From an uncultured delta proteobacterium (GTDB lineage Bacteria; Myxococcota_A; Polyangia; Fen-1088): a DNA stretch of 64,000 nt. Every line of letters starts with the position of its first letter. Position 1 is the first letter of the stretch. The notes beneath the pieces are model-generated. The model was not told the DNA's origin. It ran no database searches and saw nothing but the letters and a program-made list of their open reading frames with translations. The DNA lies in assembly GCA_963737265.1 (NCBI GenBank), contig CAVTRY010000014.1:352001-416000 (forward strand). The letters run 5' to 3'. Positions 63,218 to 64,000 of this stretch are shown here, piece by piece. A program made the translations under genes and the position numbers.

Positions 63218-64000
63218 AAAGGGGCACGGCACGCGCAAGATCGCCCGTGCGCTCGGGGTCTCGCGAAAAGCGGTGTGCCGGGTGATCGAAAGTGGAGACG
63301 CGGCCGTGCCCATGATCGAGCGACGAGAGCTGGCCGAGCCCTACCGGGAGCAAATTCTAGAACTGCACGCCGCATGCAAAGGACATCTGGGGCGGGTCCA
63401 CGAGGAGCTGGTGAAACAGGGCGCGACCTTATCGTACCAGGCCCTGACGGGATTCTGCCGTCGCCACGGGATTGGGTACGAGGCGCCGTTGCCGGCTGGG
63501 CGCTACGAATTCGCACCTGGGGAAGAAATGCAGCACGACACTTCACCCCACCGGGCGAAGATGAAAGGCGTGCTGGTCGAAGTAGAGACGGCATCGCTGG
63601 TGCTGTGCTACTCGCGCATGCTGTATTTCCAGATGTATCCGCGCTTTCGGCGCTTCGAGTGCAAGGTCTTTCTGACCGACGCGCTCGGGTATTTTGGCGG
63701 CGCCGCCGGCCGGTGCATGATCGACAATACGCATGTGGTGGTGCTCAAGGGGACGGGCAAGACCATGGTGCCGGTGCCGGAGATGGTGGCTTTGGGCCAG
63801 CGCTTTGGCTTTGTCTTCGCGGCCCACGAGGTGGGTGATGCCAATCGCTCGGCCCGTGTCGAGGGGCCGTTCAACTGGATCGAAAACAATTTTCTCAACA
63901 ACCGCGACTTCAACGACTGGGAGCACCTGAACCGGGAAGCCACCGCCTGGTGTGACAAGGCCAACGCCACCCACAGCAGCAAGCTGCACGGAACCCGGCG
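63174..64000 (+). CDS. istA: IS21-family transposase IstA (partial)
   Basis: HTH RKIARALGVSR, PGEEMQHD, YSR, IDN, NRSARVE. Confidence 0.85.
   Translation, partial: MLDQNTRTSILKLREKGHGTRKIARALGVSRKAVCRVIESGDAAVPMIERRELAEPYREQILELHAACKGHLGRVHEELVKQGATLSYQALTGFCRRHGIGYEAPLPAGRYEFAPGEEMQHDTSPHRAKMKGVLVEVETASLVLCYSRMLYFQMYPRFRRFECKVFLTDALGYFGGAAGRCMIDNTHVVVLKGTGKTMVPVPEMVALGQRFGFVFAAHEVGDANRSARVEGPFNWIENNFLNNRDFNDWEHLNREATAWCDKANATHSSKLHGTR

Larger units (their letters stand above)
61744..64000 (+). mobile_element. IS21-type element carrying a ParB-like gene (continues past window)
   Basis: End CTGAGGCGCT truncates the integrase fragment; three coupled ORFs; boundary approximate. Confidence 0.7.

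Noticed and set aside
1-64000. CRISPR array
   Set aside because: No regularly spaced repeat-spacer series; short repeats are element ends or binding sites

Overview
High-GC bacterial window; the gene styles suggest Myxococcota/deltaproteobacteria, but this is not proven. Bases 1-7.25 kb are ordinary core genes: pstSCAB-phoU, a zinc-ribbon protein and PBP1A. The rest is a decaying accessory region dominated by mobile DNA. It holds a DUF134-NifX-TrmO-gammaCA-ferredoxin-D-Cys desulfhydrase-Spy operon and two IS91/ISCR-like remnants carrying a GxxExxY mini-transposon, hairpin micro-insertions and a serine-recombinase element. It also holds two group II introns, a decayed H+-ATPase/NhaR/cls/glgP/xfp/zwf module, a five-level nest of IS21/Mu-like/ISKra4 elements plus IS3, a tRNA-Gly att remnant with a PIN toxin-antitoxin pair, a RIT element and a ParB-carrying IS21. 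The best candidate for something undescribed is a set of three XerC/D dif-like 28-bp sites. Two have a group II intron inserted just beyond the XerC-like arm, and the third preserves the empty target (GGACTA|TCCAC), which suggests an intron lineage that homes next to dif-like sites. All calls come from reading the sequence and ORF track by eye; no searches were run.
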